Shown here one piece after another: positions 51,312-64,000 of a stretch of DNA of 64,000 nt (positions are counted from its first letter, which is position 1; each line of letters begins with the position of its first letter). The stretch comes from Hamiltosporidium tvaerminnensis FI-OER-3-3 (taxonomy: Eukaryota > Fungi > Microsporidia): positions 930,001-994,000 of the forward strand of contig CM061248.1 in assembly GCA_022605425.2 (NCBI GenBank). Direction: 5' to 3'. The notes beneath the pieces were generated by a model, which ran no database searches, had not been told where the DNA came from, and was given only the letters and a program-made list of their open reading frames with translations. Both the position numbers and the translations under genes were made by a program.

Positions 51312-52767
51312 TGAGTTTAAGGATAGAAATATAAAAATTTAAAAATTTAAAATATTTTTAATTGTAAAAATGCCTGCAATAAAATATTTTTTAGGAATAT
51401 TTTTACAATTAAAAGAAATGTAATATCATACTAATGATTTATAAGAAATAATAGTGCAGAAATATCTTTTATTTGTTTCAAATAAATAAAATATTTGAAA
51501 CATTCTTGGAATTATTTAGGATAAATAAAATAATTGAAATATCTATAAATTTTTCTTAATAAATGACTTTAATAACATCTTATTATACATTTTTAATTCT
51601 TGTTGCTTTCTCAAGACTAAAGACTTTTTTTAAATCACTACGAAGATTTAAATAAAAAAAGATTTATAATTTTTAATCGATTTACTAATATATTTGATAC
51701 GAATTAACTATAAATTATACAAAAAATATTTTATTTAAAAATTATAAGTCAGTTTAAACATTTTAAAATTTCATTGTATTATTTATAGATTATCTAGTGT
51801 TCCTCCGACTGCCTTATATATTTAGAAATAATTTTTTAAAACTGTAATTGTACTAAGAAATCATAATTTTCCTTTTAGTTTTAAGAATTTGTGGCAAAAT
51901 GACAGTAAAATTTATTTTTATACGAGCTTTTTATATGATACATATATAATCCGTGTTTTCTTTGAACCGATACATTAATCCTTCATGAGAAAAAAATAAT
52001 ACAGCACATTTCTTTGTATCATCGTTTAGATGACTTCTTCTGTAATATTTGAGGTAAAAAATAAAATTCTTGTAATTAATCATTTCGAATTAAGCCATAT
52101 TTTTAATAAGTTATTTATTAAATATGTGAAAATAAATATACTATAGTATCTAATAAAAGAATTAGTTAATATAATTTTATATTCTTTCCTTTTTAGTTTA
52201 CAAGAATCCCAAATACTTTTATTTACAGTTTAAATTCTTTGTTATCTATTGGTTAAAAGACATGTCTTTATAAAAATTTCATAAAATTTTATAGAAATTT
52301 ATTAAAGTTCTATAAAATTTATTAAAGTTCTATGAAAAACTAAATAAATGTTTGGAAAAATAAAAAGAAAATTTTGATTAAAAAAACTGATCTAAAAAAA
52401 ATATATAAATCAAAAAAAATTAGTTTATCAGTAAACGTTCCCAATTTAAGAAACGAAGTTATTTTGAAAATAATGTACAAATTAAGAAACAACAAATTTC
52501 ATATAAAATAATACTGAAACAAACAAATTTCTTATAAAATAATACTGAAAGTAACAAATTAATTTTTTTTTAAAAAATTAAAAACCAAATTAAATAATTT
52601 ATTTTAAGAAAAATACGTTCGTTATAAAAATACAAGATATGCGAAAGATAAGGAAAAAAGGAGAAAATATGCTTTTCTTAAAAAAATATTTGTACACAAA
52701 TCTTAAAACACTAGTTTCAGTTTTTTTTATATATTTTTAACGAAATAATATTTGAGGGGCATTTTTT

Positions 52768-53964
52768 ATGGAACAGAAACTTACAACAAAAAATCTTACA
52801 TTTCTTATTATTTGTAATACTATTGGTTCTGGTGTTTTTTTATTCTCACATATTGCATTTTCACATGTACGATCTACTACGGTGACATTGATTTGTTGGA
52901 TAATATCTGGTATTATATCTATGGGTATTGGATTGTGTTATGCAGAACTTGGATCTAAATATCCAAAGGATGGTGGAGATGCTGTTTATTTGACAGAATC
53001 TTTTGGTAAATATGCTGGATATATTTTTTCTATCATTTCCGTACTAATTATATTACCAGGTGGTTCTTCAATTATGTGTAAAAGTATGGGAGAACACTTG
53101 AAAATTTTAAATATAGAAGAAAATGTAGCTATAGCTTGTATTATACTGATCTTTGGTTTTATAAATATAATTAGAATTGAATATAAAACACAATATTTTC
53201 TAACAGGCGCCAAATTGTTCGTTATTGTAATTTTTGTATTTTTTGCCGGTTTATCTCTTTTTTTAAAAACCACCTCTGAAAGTACATTTAATTCTCCGAA
53301 TAATGAATTTACAGGAGACGATAAGATTTTTAGAATATTTTCCGTTATATTTAATACCCTCTGGCCATATGATGGCTATAACACAGGAAATTTTATAGCT
53401 TCAAAAATATTTAATCCTTCCAAAACATTACCAAGAGCAACAATAATTTCTTTAGTTTTTATAATTTTAATATATCTTTTAATAAATGTCTCATTTATGA
53501 GAGTTTTGCCTTTTGAAGTGATGGCAGATACAAATTCTTCAATAATGATTGAATATTTTAATTATTTAGATTTTAAAGTTCCTCTTAAAAATACATTACC
53601 ATATCTCATAATGATAATACCTGCTGCTGGTACATTAAACGGATCAATATTTGTCAGTATTTCTATTATTAATTCATTTGTACCGCCCCAAGCACAAAAA
53701 AGAGCTTTGAAATTAGGAATGATTATTTTATATTCGTTTTTAATATATATTTATACCTTTATTAACAAATTAGAAAATATTTTAGGAAAAATAAGTTTTT
53801 GTACTTTTTTGTTTTACGGATTATCCGCAGTTTCACTCATTATATTGAAAAAAAGAGAACGAAAAAATGGTTATGAAGTTAATAGAATAATTCCTTATTT
53901 GGTAATTATTTTTAGTTTTAGTGTTGTATGTTTTACAGTCATAAAAATATTCAAAGGTAATTAA
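52768..53964 (+). CDS. APC-superfamily amino-acid permease (LAT/Mup-like)
   Basis: NTIGSGVF, CYAELGSKYPKDGGDAVYL, LWPYDGYN and NPSKTLPRA motifs with multiple TM helices. GGGG at 52756-52759 before the ATG. Confidence 0.93.
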   Translation: MEQKLTTKNLTFLIICNTIGSGVFLFSHIAFSHVRSTTVTLICWIISGIISMGIGLCYAELGSKYPKDGGDAVYLTESFGKYAGYIFSIISVLIILPGGSSIMCKSMGEHLKILNIEENVAIACIILIFGFINIIRIEYKTQYFLTGAKLFVIVIFVFFAGLSLFLKTTSESTFNSPNNEFTGDDKIFRIFSVIFNTLWPYDGYNTGNFIASKIFNPSKTLPRATIISLVFIILIYLLINVSFMRVLPFEVMADTNSSIMIEYFNYLDFKVPLKNTLPYLIMIIPAAGTLNGSIFVSISIINSFVPPQAQKRALKLGMIILYSFLIYIYTFINKLENILGKISFCTFLFYGLSAVSLIILKKRERKNGYEVNRIIPYLVIIFSFSVVCFTVIKIFKGN

Positions 53965-54594
53965 TAGAATAATTGGAATTAAAAAAAATATTTTTAAAAA
54001 TATTTTCTTATTTAACTTTTGTATTTATAATTCTATCCTAAACACCGAGAGGTACAAAAGAATCGGAATAATAATATATTTTCATGATTCTATTTAAATA
54101 AAAATTTATTTTATCTTTAATGTTAGTCTCTTAAATAAATAGATTATTCTGTAAATAATTTTATGATTTGTTTTTTTAATTTGTCGATTTTACTTTTAAT
54201 AAAATATTTTTTTTCTATATTAAATAAATTAAAATATGCATAAACTTGTAAAGATAAGATAAATTAAAAAAATAAACAACTTTTTACTTTTTAAATTATT
54301 CATATATTGATTCATTATAATTCCTTATAAATAGCCAGAACATCTATATTTTTCTTATTTTTATTTGCTCTAAGTATTATTTTAAATATATATGTTATTA
54401 CTTTCAAATTCTTCCTATAAACTATTATTTGATTGAATGTATGACAAAGAAATAAATATATCTTAAAAATTATAAAATATTTTAAAATTTAACTATTTTT
54501 TACAAATTAGAAAAATAAATATTCTCTAAAATAATGAAATATGCATATTTTTGAAGCAGTCTCGAACTTACTCAGATACTAAAAAATTATAATT

Positions 54595-54745
54595 CTATTA
54601 TTACTATCCTTATACTTACTCTCCTATTATATTATATTCTATCATATATCCTATATTATATTATATTCTATCTTATATCACATTCACATTCTATCACATA
54701 TCATATTCTTCACATATCACACATCATATTCTATCATATAATATA
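54595..54745. repeat. Degenerate (atattctatcat)-like low-complexity tandem repeat
   Basis: Repeated atattctatc / atatcac units overlap the 3' end of the 104-aa ORF. Confidence 0.7.
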
Positions 54746-55031
54746 TGTCTTCATAATAAAATTTAAATACAACTGAAGAAAAATTCTTTGTTAATAAATT
54801 TTGACAATCTTTAAGATTAAAAACAATAGAAACTAAAAATTGTTCTTTAATTGTTGATATCTGATATAAATATTTATATTCTTGTTTAATATCAGTTATT
54901 TCAGTTGAAAATACTTTTTTATTTATAAAATTTTGTGATTGAAGTTTGGAAATTATTTTGTTTTTTATATTTTTATTGTTTTGTTTTAGAAGTTTAGCTA
55001 AATTAAAAACGGAATTACTATCTTGGTTCAT
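54717..55031 (-). CDS. Hypothetical protein (104 aa)
   Basis: ATG preceded by a CCC motif (55037-55039, minus strand). Lies in the core block, and the stop runs into a low-complexity repeat. Confidence 0.55.
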   Translation of the reverse strand: MNQDSNSVFNLAKLLKQNNKNIKNKIISKLQSQNFINKKVFSTEITDIKQEYKYLYQISTIKEQFLVSIVFNLKDCQNLLTKNFSSVVFKFYYEDIYYMIEYDV

Positions 55032-57686
55032 AAGAAGGGTTTCAAATAAATAGGAATTATAAAATAATTATTGTAGTATGTTTATAGTATAACAAAATTG
55101 TTATAATGTATTATAAAGGTGTATTATACATTTTTAATATGTTATAAGTTTCTTCGGTAAAATCTGAAAATGATTCTTTTAAACTCTATTTTGATTATAA
55201 TAGGTCCTTTGGTTGGATTTAAAAAGGTTATTGGTAGTTACAAATATAATTTTTAATCAATTTTTTTTTAAAGTTTTAGTCGTTTGTTATTAAAATATGA
55301 TTTGAACCCAGGAGAATATGTTACTATTAAAAAAAAAATATATGATAGAATGAAACATTTAATTATTTAAGTAAACAGAACTTATATTAGAATTAAGCAA
55401 TTAATAAAATTTATATTAATTTTTCTGAATTTTAAGATAAATTTTATTAAAACTTGTATTACTATCATAATCTGACAATTGTTAGATAAACTATAGATTG
55501 GATTTATATTTAGTGCAAGAAATATAAAATTAACACGAATTTGCATGTTAATTTGCTTTATTTGATATTCTAATACATCCGTGGGAAACGTAATTAGGTA
55601 AAATTGAAGGTTTCGTATACTTAGTAACCTTATTTCAAAAAAATCTACCCTGTATTTTGTAGATATATTAACTTGTATTACGTGTTTATTCAAACTAGAA
55701 GAGTTTCAGAATAAATAAATAAATACAGCATTTCTGTATATGTGCGTAAATTGGTTCCAGACAAATTTGCAAAGTAAGATTTCATAAAAAATGAATATCT
55801 TTGTAGTCACAGCATGTATAATACTTGTATAACATAACATAAAAATTGAATCAATAAACATTTTAGTGCTCGTTGGAGATAAAAAAAGACCTTGTATTAG
55901 ACATAACTCATGTATTCCACAATTTATACACAAAATAAAAGTATAAAAGACATATTTAAGGTTAAATCGTCAGCAATTGATTTTTAAATAACTAAATCGC
56001 ATACCTTATTTAAAATATAGTTACCATACATAATATTAAAAAGATGAAAAATATACGAAGAAATTACAAAATCTACAGCTGCAGCGAAATTGATGTTTTT
56101 TTTTAACCAGCGTATTAGGCAAAGGGTTTTTGCAAAAGCGTTTCAAAAACAAAGTAATTAGTATTGCGGAGGCAGAATTTTTATTGATAAAAAAAATTTA
56201 TTGCGCGGTTCTGTTACTCTACCAGAAGAAACACAAGACTATAATGCCCGATTTTGTTCTAAATCTTATCCTTAAAATCTAACATAACCATTTTTAATTG
56301 TTTTTAAAATTCGAGAGACGTTTGCAAGATGACCCCAACTTCTGCTACATATTCTCGAAACATCCAGGTTATATTCGATTCCTCCTCACTTTACCATTAG
56401 AATAATTTTATCAAAGTTTCAGCAATTAATTATTCTGAAGTCATAATTATTTCGAATAACTCATAAGAATTTATTCGCTATAAATAATATGAAGGCACTC
56501 AGGTTAGTCTAAGTTATAATCCATCTCCGATTTTCCAACGTATTATGATGTGTATTCTTTGGGTTGTGAAAGCTAAATCACAACTTTTTTTAACTGAACT
56601 GAAAAAATACCACTTCGCCTCAATACCTTTTAAAACAGTCTATGTATTATTTAGGCAAATCTCGGTATAATATTACAACCATTATGTCTTAAATCCAATT
56701 TTTCTATATATTGATATATTCGAAGAGCTGTTTTAAAGTTTCACATATAGAGAACCCGCGGGTGCAAATAACACCTAGATTCCTATACTATCATCGAACA
56801 TGTATGCAATGATTGGTTCTCTTTACCATGATATGATATATATCGCGCATGGCTTCCGATCTGGACCATATAGAAAAGGAATCTAAATCGTGTGTCTTCT
56901 ATTTGAGATATAAAGGTCCTAAATATTGAAGGGTTTTTAGAACTATTCCAATATTCTCATCCAATAATGTAGCTCTTGTTGTTGTGAATTCAAAAGTAGG
57001 TAGCAAGTATATTTGGCTTTTGAAAATCAAGCATTCGTCTTCTAGTAAAAATTGATATGAAGATTATTCTCTGACAAACAAAAAAGACTGTAATTGACGC
57101 TAATCGTAACTTTTGAGCTGATATTATGCAATGCTTGACTGCCTATTTTATTTAAGTTCTGTTTTGTAGAAATCGAAACTTCCAAAGAATAATATGCCTG
57201 CTTTATAGGAACATGGTAGAGTATATCTTCTCGTAATTTTATCGGTAACTAATGTTTGAAATAAGCTTTTCTGTAAAAACAATTTCAGCTGGTACCTTTT
57301 CCTGGACTTCTATAATAATCTTTGCACGCAGTAGAATTTATGAACACAATAGAAAAAATTCGCGAAGTTTGTTTGTGAAACAGCGCTTATTAAGTAGCTT
57401 AGATTTTACCAGATAACTATCGATTTCCAGATATCTGTCTCTGCGATTTTTTCGTTTAAACCCATATGAGCAGACGTAGCATCTATTATCTCCTTATTAC
57501 GGCTTCTACGTCTTGATTTACTTACTTGCTGAAGTGATCGTAGCTTTTCTACGGAATTATTTACTTTTTTACAGACGGTACAAAAAGAATATTCATCGAA
57601 ATTAAAAGACCGTAAACCACATAGCTCTGTAGTCAGGTTTTTTTAGAATTTTTAAACTTTTCAATAGGAGCACATTCCTTTAGTGC

Positions 57687-59090
57687 TTACCTACTACGTT
57701 TTTTTATAAAGGTTAGATAAATAAGATCGTTTACTATACCATAAGTTTTATTTTTGAATTTTTTACAAATTAAAAATAGTTTAAAATACAAAAAATTATT
57801 CATCGCTTTGTGATACACAATATAACGATATGTAAAAAAATAATGCAAAGCAGAGATATCGACAGAGTTATAGCAAACTACGCCTTTTGCTACCAATAAA
57901 AAGGAAAAAGATAAGCATGATAGAGCGAAACCGGTAAATTCGAAATTTCATGTTTACGAATATAGCCTTTATTGATCGAAAATATAGAATTAAAGCTGAG
58001 ATTATTCTAAAATAATTTATTAAACGAAATATAAACAGGCAAATATATTAGAAATTAAAAACTAGAATTTTAAAGATTTCGGAAATAATATAAATTTGTC
58101 TATTATTTTATTAAAGATGTAAAATATTGACCATATAGCCGTTTTTAAAGTCAGGATTAAGGTATTTGAGAAGAGTCAGATGAATAAAAGGAAAAACAAT
58201 AAAATTATGATAATAATCATTTTATAAGAGGTATCAAAAATATAGAAACATTTAATTATAGTATTTATTTTAAAATCTTCTTTAAAAAATACGACCAAAG
58301 CCATAAAAGATAAATAAGAAATTGAAGTAAAAAAAATCCTAAATGTTTGTTAAGAGATGAATAACTATTTTGATGAATCGAAGTAATTAAACCAATCAAT
58401 GTAAAACTACTACCTATAAATAACACAAAAAATGCCAGAATTTCATTAAATTTACTTTTAAAAGTATAAATTTTAAGTGTGCTCAAAACCGTGATTGAAA
58501 AAACTATAATGTATATAAAAAATATAAAATTCAAATTTTTAGCTTAAAATATTCATTTATAATAAAGCTATAATTATTATTATTCATAAAAATTTTCGGT
58601 TGTTCATTTGAATTCGTTTTACTTTTTAAATTATTTTCATTTTCAAATATTTTTTATTGGCTATTCCTAAGCATTTATTATTCATAATAAGGGACGAGAA
58701 CGACCTAATTATAAACGTAGCGTATTTTCTAATAATGGAAATCCGCTTAGTGATTTGATGTCAAATTAATAATTTTTAGGAATTTTAATTTATTCTAGAA
58801 AGTCGTTTCTTTCTTCAAAAAAATTTAGTTTGCAACGTTAAAATTGCAACAATAATATTTTATTTATTTTGATCTATGTGTTTCATCTTGCTTGCTTTGG
58901 AGCATATTTTTGTCATTTTCTTTGGCTTTAATTTATATTTGACTCTTCCTCTTGTTTTGATGAAATGCTTTGATTCCAGTAATGTAGTCGGCGATTCTAT
59001 GTCCATTGATTCTGTTATTTGCTTGTCTATTTTTATTCTCGGTTGGATTATATGTAAATGAGATGGCGATTCTTAACAATTTGCTGCCTT
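57687..59090 (-). pseudogene. Disrupted multi-pass membrane protein gene
   Basis: Hydrophilic coding-like region (~58870-59090) followed by TM-rich ORFs 58265-58534 and 57687-57896 on the same strand. Confidence 0.4.
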
Positions 59091-59344
59091 TATTACAGCT
59101 CCGAATACGTCTTTCGGGTTCTAATTAGCATTAACATGATCAAAATATCTATATATAATAGTTTCTTTTTGTATTTTTGAATATTCTAAACAAGATATAT
59201 GGCATTATTTCCACAGAGATTTAATAAGTTTATGAGATTGTTATAATATTTCGTTACAATATCATCTCACGTTTACAAAATTGAAAATAATCTAATATTA
59301 TAAAAATAATACAATGATAAAAACAATTGTACTCAATTTAATTG

Positions 59345-59530
59345 TATTATTTCATTAAGAAACCCATCTTTTTTTCACAAATATCTTTATGATACTATCA
59401 AAGGCAAAGCAAAGAGCTGTATCTTAAATAGATTGGTTCTATACGTGTCTAAGATATCTTTTGTTATAGGATAGCCCCAAAAAGACTCTGACTATAGGCC
59501 AATCATTTTTATGTTTAACTTTTGTAAGCC
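59345..59530 (+). mobile_element. Degenerate internal relic of the R4-like element (RT N-terminal region)
   Basis: tttcattaagaaac...cacaaatatctttatgata...gattggtt...ctctgactataggccaatca matches ~23420-23600 of copy C (FIKKL...HKYLYD...DWF...SDYRPI). Confidence 0.75.
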
Positions 59531-61750
59531 AAAGAAAAAAAATTTGAGCTAATTTTCATATTATGAACACAAATAACTGTGTTAATTCCTAAAGATCAGC
59601 AGAAAGCTTATATTAGTGTAAATTATCAAAAACCAATTCATCTCAATTTTTACTTGAAAAACAAATATATATACGTCTTGCTGCAAACAGAAAGTTTCAT
59701 TAAAAGATTTTATATTTACCTCATCCTTTTAAATATAAGGCCCGAAAACGAGCACATTATTGAGAAAATATTTAAATTAGTTAATAAAAAAACGCATATA
59801 TATTTAGCAGCAAAGGAAAAAATGACACATGTAGGAAATGTGAGAGATAGATCTTGTATTGGAAACATTATTTTTTTATTAGGTTGTAAGCAACTCAATA
59901 AGCTAAAACACAAAAATGTAAAAATTTACAATGCATAAGGAAACAGATTTAAACTTTAATTTTATTGTAAATCGATGTTCTGAGACTATTTGCGTTTTTT
60001 GGATGTACGTGTAAAAATTAAATGCGAGGTTTTTGGTTTAAAATATGGGTTTACAAAAAAAACAAAGAAAATTCAGTCACGTATATTACAGCTAAAACCA
60101 AATCTCGATAGTAGATATCAGATACAACATATATGGGACGGTTAATAAAGGTTTGAGTTTATAAATTCGTGTCATTTAAAAAGATTGATTCAAAAATTTT
60201 GGTAAGATAAAAAAAAATAAGAAATAATATTCTTATCATCAAGAGGCGCTAGGATTATCGAGGAACTGTTTATTCATGTAATTCTGAAACAATATTATGT
60301 AACAAAAGCAAAAAACTGGAATATATGACATTAAAAATATTAAAAAATTTTTAAACGAAAAAAAACATTTATACAAAATACAAAGTTAAATTTTTTTTAG
60401 AGAAATTTTTAATGTTCAAAGCTTTAATTGTGTTCTACTAATATGTATGCGACCCATGTCGTTCACATTCTACGATATAGATGATCTATTGAACAATTTG
60501 TTTACGAAGAAACAAGGTTTGTAAGAACCAGCTACTAAAGTTTTTATATTCCTAGAACATAGCCAAAAAGATGTATTAACTGTCTTAAAAATTAATTTTT
60601 TTTGCAATCTCTGAGCATCTGCAGATAATAGCGAAATATACTAAATATGAACAATCCTAACTTAGAGAGAAATGAAATAAAGATTTTATACCTATTGAGA
60701 AACATAAGAAAAATACACAACAGAAAATTCGTCTAAGTATAAAAAATCCAAAATAAGCTTAAAACTATTTTGTTTTTTAGAAAATTACCTGTAGTTACTA
60801 TAAATTCTTTAAATAACCTTAAGATAACGCTTAGTTCTCTAGATTTTTTTTAATTTTAAATATATAAAATTTTTATGTGTATGAAGTCTAGAATCCAACT
60901 TTGAGACATTTAGAAACTCGATTTAGCAAAATAATTACAAGATTACATTAGAAGATTTAATACAAAGTTTAAAAGTATAATATCATCCTGCGATTAAATT
61001 TAAACACAAAGCGGCATGATAAATTATGATTCGGATTCTGCAAGAATTTTCTTAAAACGAGGCTTCTTAAATAAGACAAGTATTAAAATAAGTCGTTCAT
61101 AAGTTGCCTAAACTATCTTGTTACATGACTTTGTAGTGTGTCGTAAACTCATTCTGAGTAACGACATTAACCCCCCCCCTAAATAATTATTTAAATAATT
61201 ATTTCTTTTACCCCTAATTAGGAGTGAAAATGAAACAAAGATAAGACCTTCAATAAATAAAATTCATTCATTAATTCTTCTAAAACGCCGGCATATGGCA
61301 TAGTGAAAAATCTATCTGCGAAATTCCAGCGAAATAAAGTGTTTATTACGAACTTCACAAATAATTTTGATGTTAAAAATAGAGAAGTTAAACTTTTGTA
61401 ATTACAAGCCGACTATCCATCAAAATGTCATTTTTAAAATCTCTCATATGATATCCTAAGATTATTTCGTTACAAACTACCATAATATACTCACAATATT
61501 CGGAAGAATAAAAAAACTGAATTTATTCATAAAACACCCAACTGCATTTCTTGTATGTAAAAAAAAGCTCGGAATCAAAACCAAAACACAATGACACTCA
61601 GTAAAAACCATATCTAGAAGTTCTAAAAAGACCCGAGAGACATATGCAAACCATACTCATGATATAGGATTTAAGAACGAGGAGAAAAGATTCAAGCCTT
61701 TGACTTCAAAATATGTAACTCAGCTATTCTATACATAAGATAAAAAAATC

Positions 61751-62476
61751 TTTATTTAAAAGTATCACATCTTTTCAAAATAGTGCCAAGCGTTATATTT
61801 GTTTTCATGATATTAACGCACTTCTAGGTTTAACATATATAACTGCTACCCCAAAACTCCTTCGGAAACACCTGCGATACCTACGTTCCAAAGCCTTTCC
61901 TCTAACAGGTGTGTAGAACCTAATTACTAGGCGAGGCAGTTGCCGGAGCTCGTTAATGTTCGTTGCGGAGTGTGATCGAAGGCTGAAGCCCCCCTGGGCT
62001 CCCCCAAGACTATGCAGCATTATTTCCACTTACATTACACTTTCTGAACCCAATAAACTTCTAGCTAAGATATATTTCAGAGATTTAGATGGGGTCCACC
62101 TAGATAGTGCAATGTCATACCAACAGGTATAACCTGCTACTTAGCTTTCCTGGCTTTATATGGTTTTTTGTTTTGTATCTCCCAGGCGCTAAGTCTTCTA
62201 ACCCGAGTGAGCAAGGCTAGGTTTCCATGCTTTTACATGGCAATTACCTACATGTTCAGCTTCGGTCTGCAGTCTGGTTACATAAAAAACTACAACTAAA
62301 TTTGTAGAAAAAGTTTCTCCATCTCTTAGACCTCCCCTCCTCATAACAACTCCCATGGAACAACCAAAGATGTAGTGTAGTTTTGTTCCCACCAAAAATC
62401 TAAACAATGATCTCACACCAGTTTCACACACTCATTGCCAAGCAGAAAGTTTTTTATGTGGTTATCCCCCCTCCAC
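61751..62476 (-). mobile_element. Unclassified ~720-nt non-coding dispersed element, copy 2
   Basis: Same ends and collinear with 34652-35380. No convincing TSD. It appears to interrupt the minus-strand membrane gene remnant. Confidence 0.85.
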
Positions 62477-63029
62477 GTTTCTCTAATATAACCTGTATAA
62501 ATATATTTAGCAAAAAAGAATTTGCTAATATAATGAAAATACAAATACCTAGAGCAAGATATGCAATACTTTACTTCCTTTTTGATTTATAAAATATAAA
62601 AAAAACTACGAAATAGTAAGCGAAAAAATTGGCGTAAAAATATAACTATTAGAAGAAGTTGCTGATAAAAATATTAAAAATGTATTCTGAAAAAAAAGAA
62701 ACCATATTTATATAAATTTTAGCTTCAAAACTAAATATTTTTTGGTTTTCAGATATAAATTCTCGATTCAAATTATGAAAATTATTTTCTATATCTAAGT
62801 TTTGGTTAAAAAATTTTTGGCTCAACGTTTGTGGGTTAGGAGAAGGATTAACAAATATATCATTGTTTATAACAATCTCGAAGGTGTGAGCAGACTCATT
62901 TGAGCTTGTGCTCGGGACTGTGAATACTTCTGTTTCTATTCTATAGCTTCTATTCGGAACGAAATTTTTCAAAATTATATTTTTATCCATAAGACCATGG
63001 TTTTTTCTAAATATATACTTCTCTGTCAA
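62477..63029 (-). pseudogene. 5' part of a disrupted membrane protein gene
   Basis: 126-aa ORF 62649-63029 is hydrophilic then hydrophobic. TM-like sequence continues to the 720-nt element and apparently resumes below 61750. Confidence 0.35.
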
Positions 63030-63848
63030 AAAATCAAAATTTAATTTACATAATAAGGTTAAATATTTTTTTCTAACAATGTCATTTTAAATTTCTTCCA
63101 TTGCTCTTTTTTGATCGAAATGTGGGATTAGACATCGCATAATCATTTAAAAATGATTTTCAACGGTTTGTAATACGATTTATTATTTGTAAAAATATTA
63201 AAATTGGTCTATAAACTATTTCCGAACAGAATAAACCTCTTTATCTAGTAGATCTTCCTTTATCTATAATCCATTTTTATCTAAATATCAAAGAAATACA
63301 ATAATCTTAATGAATTTTTTCGTTTAATATCTCGCGAATAGAAAAAACCCATGTATCTCACAACCACAAAAAAAATTATTTAAGAATATTTTAACAATAA
63401 AAATGCCGGTAAATGTAAGAATACGAAATAAATTAGATTTATAAAAACTTTACTACGCCTTTAAACATGTTTTTTTGATGCCCTAAAGATTTTTTATCTC
63501 AACTATCTAAATTTTGTAATTGATATTTAACTCGAATTTGTGAAAAGAGTCAGAAAAGTTAATTAGCTCCTTATATACACACCGATATTTTAATTTTAGC
63601 AACCATAACTTTTTGTTTGTTCCATATAAAACGCTTGATTATATTAAAAGCGATTTAATTTTGTTTAATGCATTATTTTCGTTTTGAATGACCAACGTGT
63701 TGAATTTATGTTTAATTTGTACTTCCGAGCTAATCTCCGGGTGCTATATGTATTTTTTTACCATTGCAATCTTAAAAAAGTTACAAAAGTATCTTCTGAT
63801 ATTAAAGTTACATTTGAATATTTTTGTGATTAGGTATCATTGGTTTTG

Positions 63849-64000
63849 TTCCCCCACATTTCGGGTACAGAATTGGTTTGGATATTTTCTGCCTGTTCTA
63901 AGAGGCGATAAAAGGGTCTGATTTTCCAGGTTGTAAGTTTTACGTAGGGCTAATAATCCATTTTTTAAACCCCCCCTTGTTACGAAACCCAAAAAGTAAA
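63849..64000 (+). mobile_element. RTE-derived SINE-like element, 5' part (runs off the window)
   Basis: TTCCCCCAC...CAGAATTGGTTTGGA...GCCTGTTCTAAGAGGCGATAAAAGG...CCAGGTTG...GTAGGGCTAATAA...CCTTGTTACGAAACCC aligns with the other two copies and starts at the same point as the 8937-9176 copy. Confidence 0.8.

Noticed and set aside
56050-57650. Slightly GC-richer, coding-like stretch (possible decayed gene or helicase relic)
   Set aside because: No ORF of 60 aa or more and no ordered set of motifs I can defend.

Overview
Very AT-rich eukaryotic DNA, most consistent with a large-genome microsporidian. This is inferred from a microsporidian-type beta-tubulin, intron-less compact genes with CCC/GGG motifs just before the ATG, and many lineage-specific secreted/LRR-like genes; a Hamiltosporidium-like species is a guess. 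The window has two compartments. The first is a conserved core: a P5B-type ATPase at 26.9-30.5 kb carrying one in-frame TGA, and TRM6/GCD10, beta-tubulin, NIF3 and an APC amino-acid permease at 45-55 kb, surrounded by local tandem duplications. The second is repeat-rich flanking DNA. It holds three large copies and several relics of a single-ORF RT + CCHC + restriction-like-endonuclease (R4/Dong-type) non-LTR retrotransposon, three copies of a ~240-nt RTE-derived SINE-like element, two copies of an unclassified ~720-nt non-coding structured element (one with a ~29-bp TSD), decayed RT relics and fragmented secreted/membrane gene families. The most notable observations are the 720-nt element, the almost UTR-less retrotransposon, a frameshift shared by two copies right before the RT catalytic FIDD motif, and the RTE-derived SINE.
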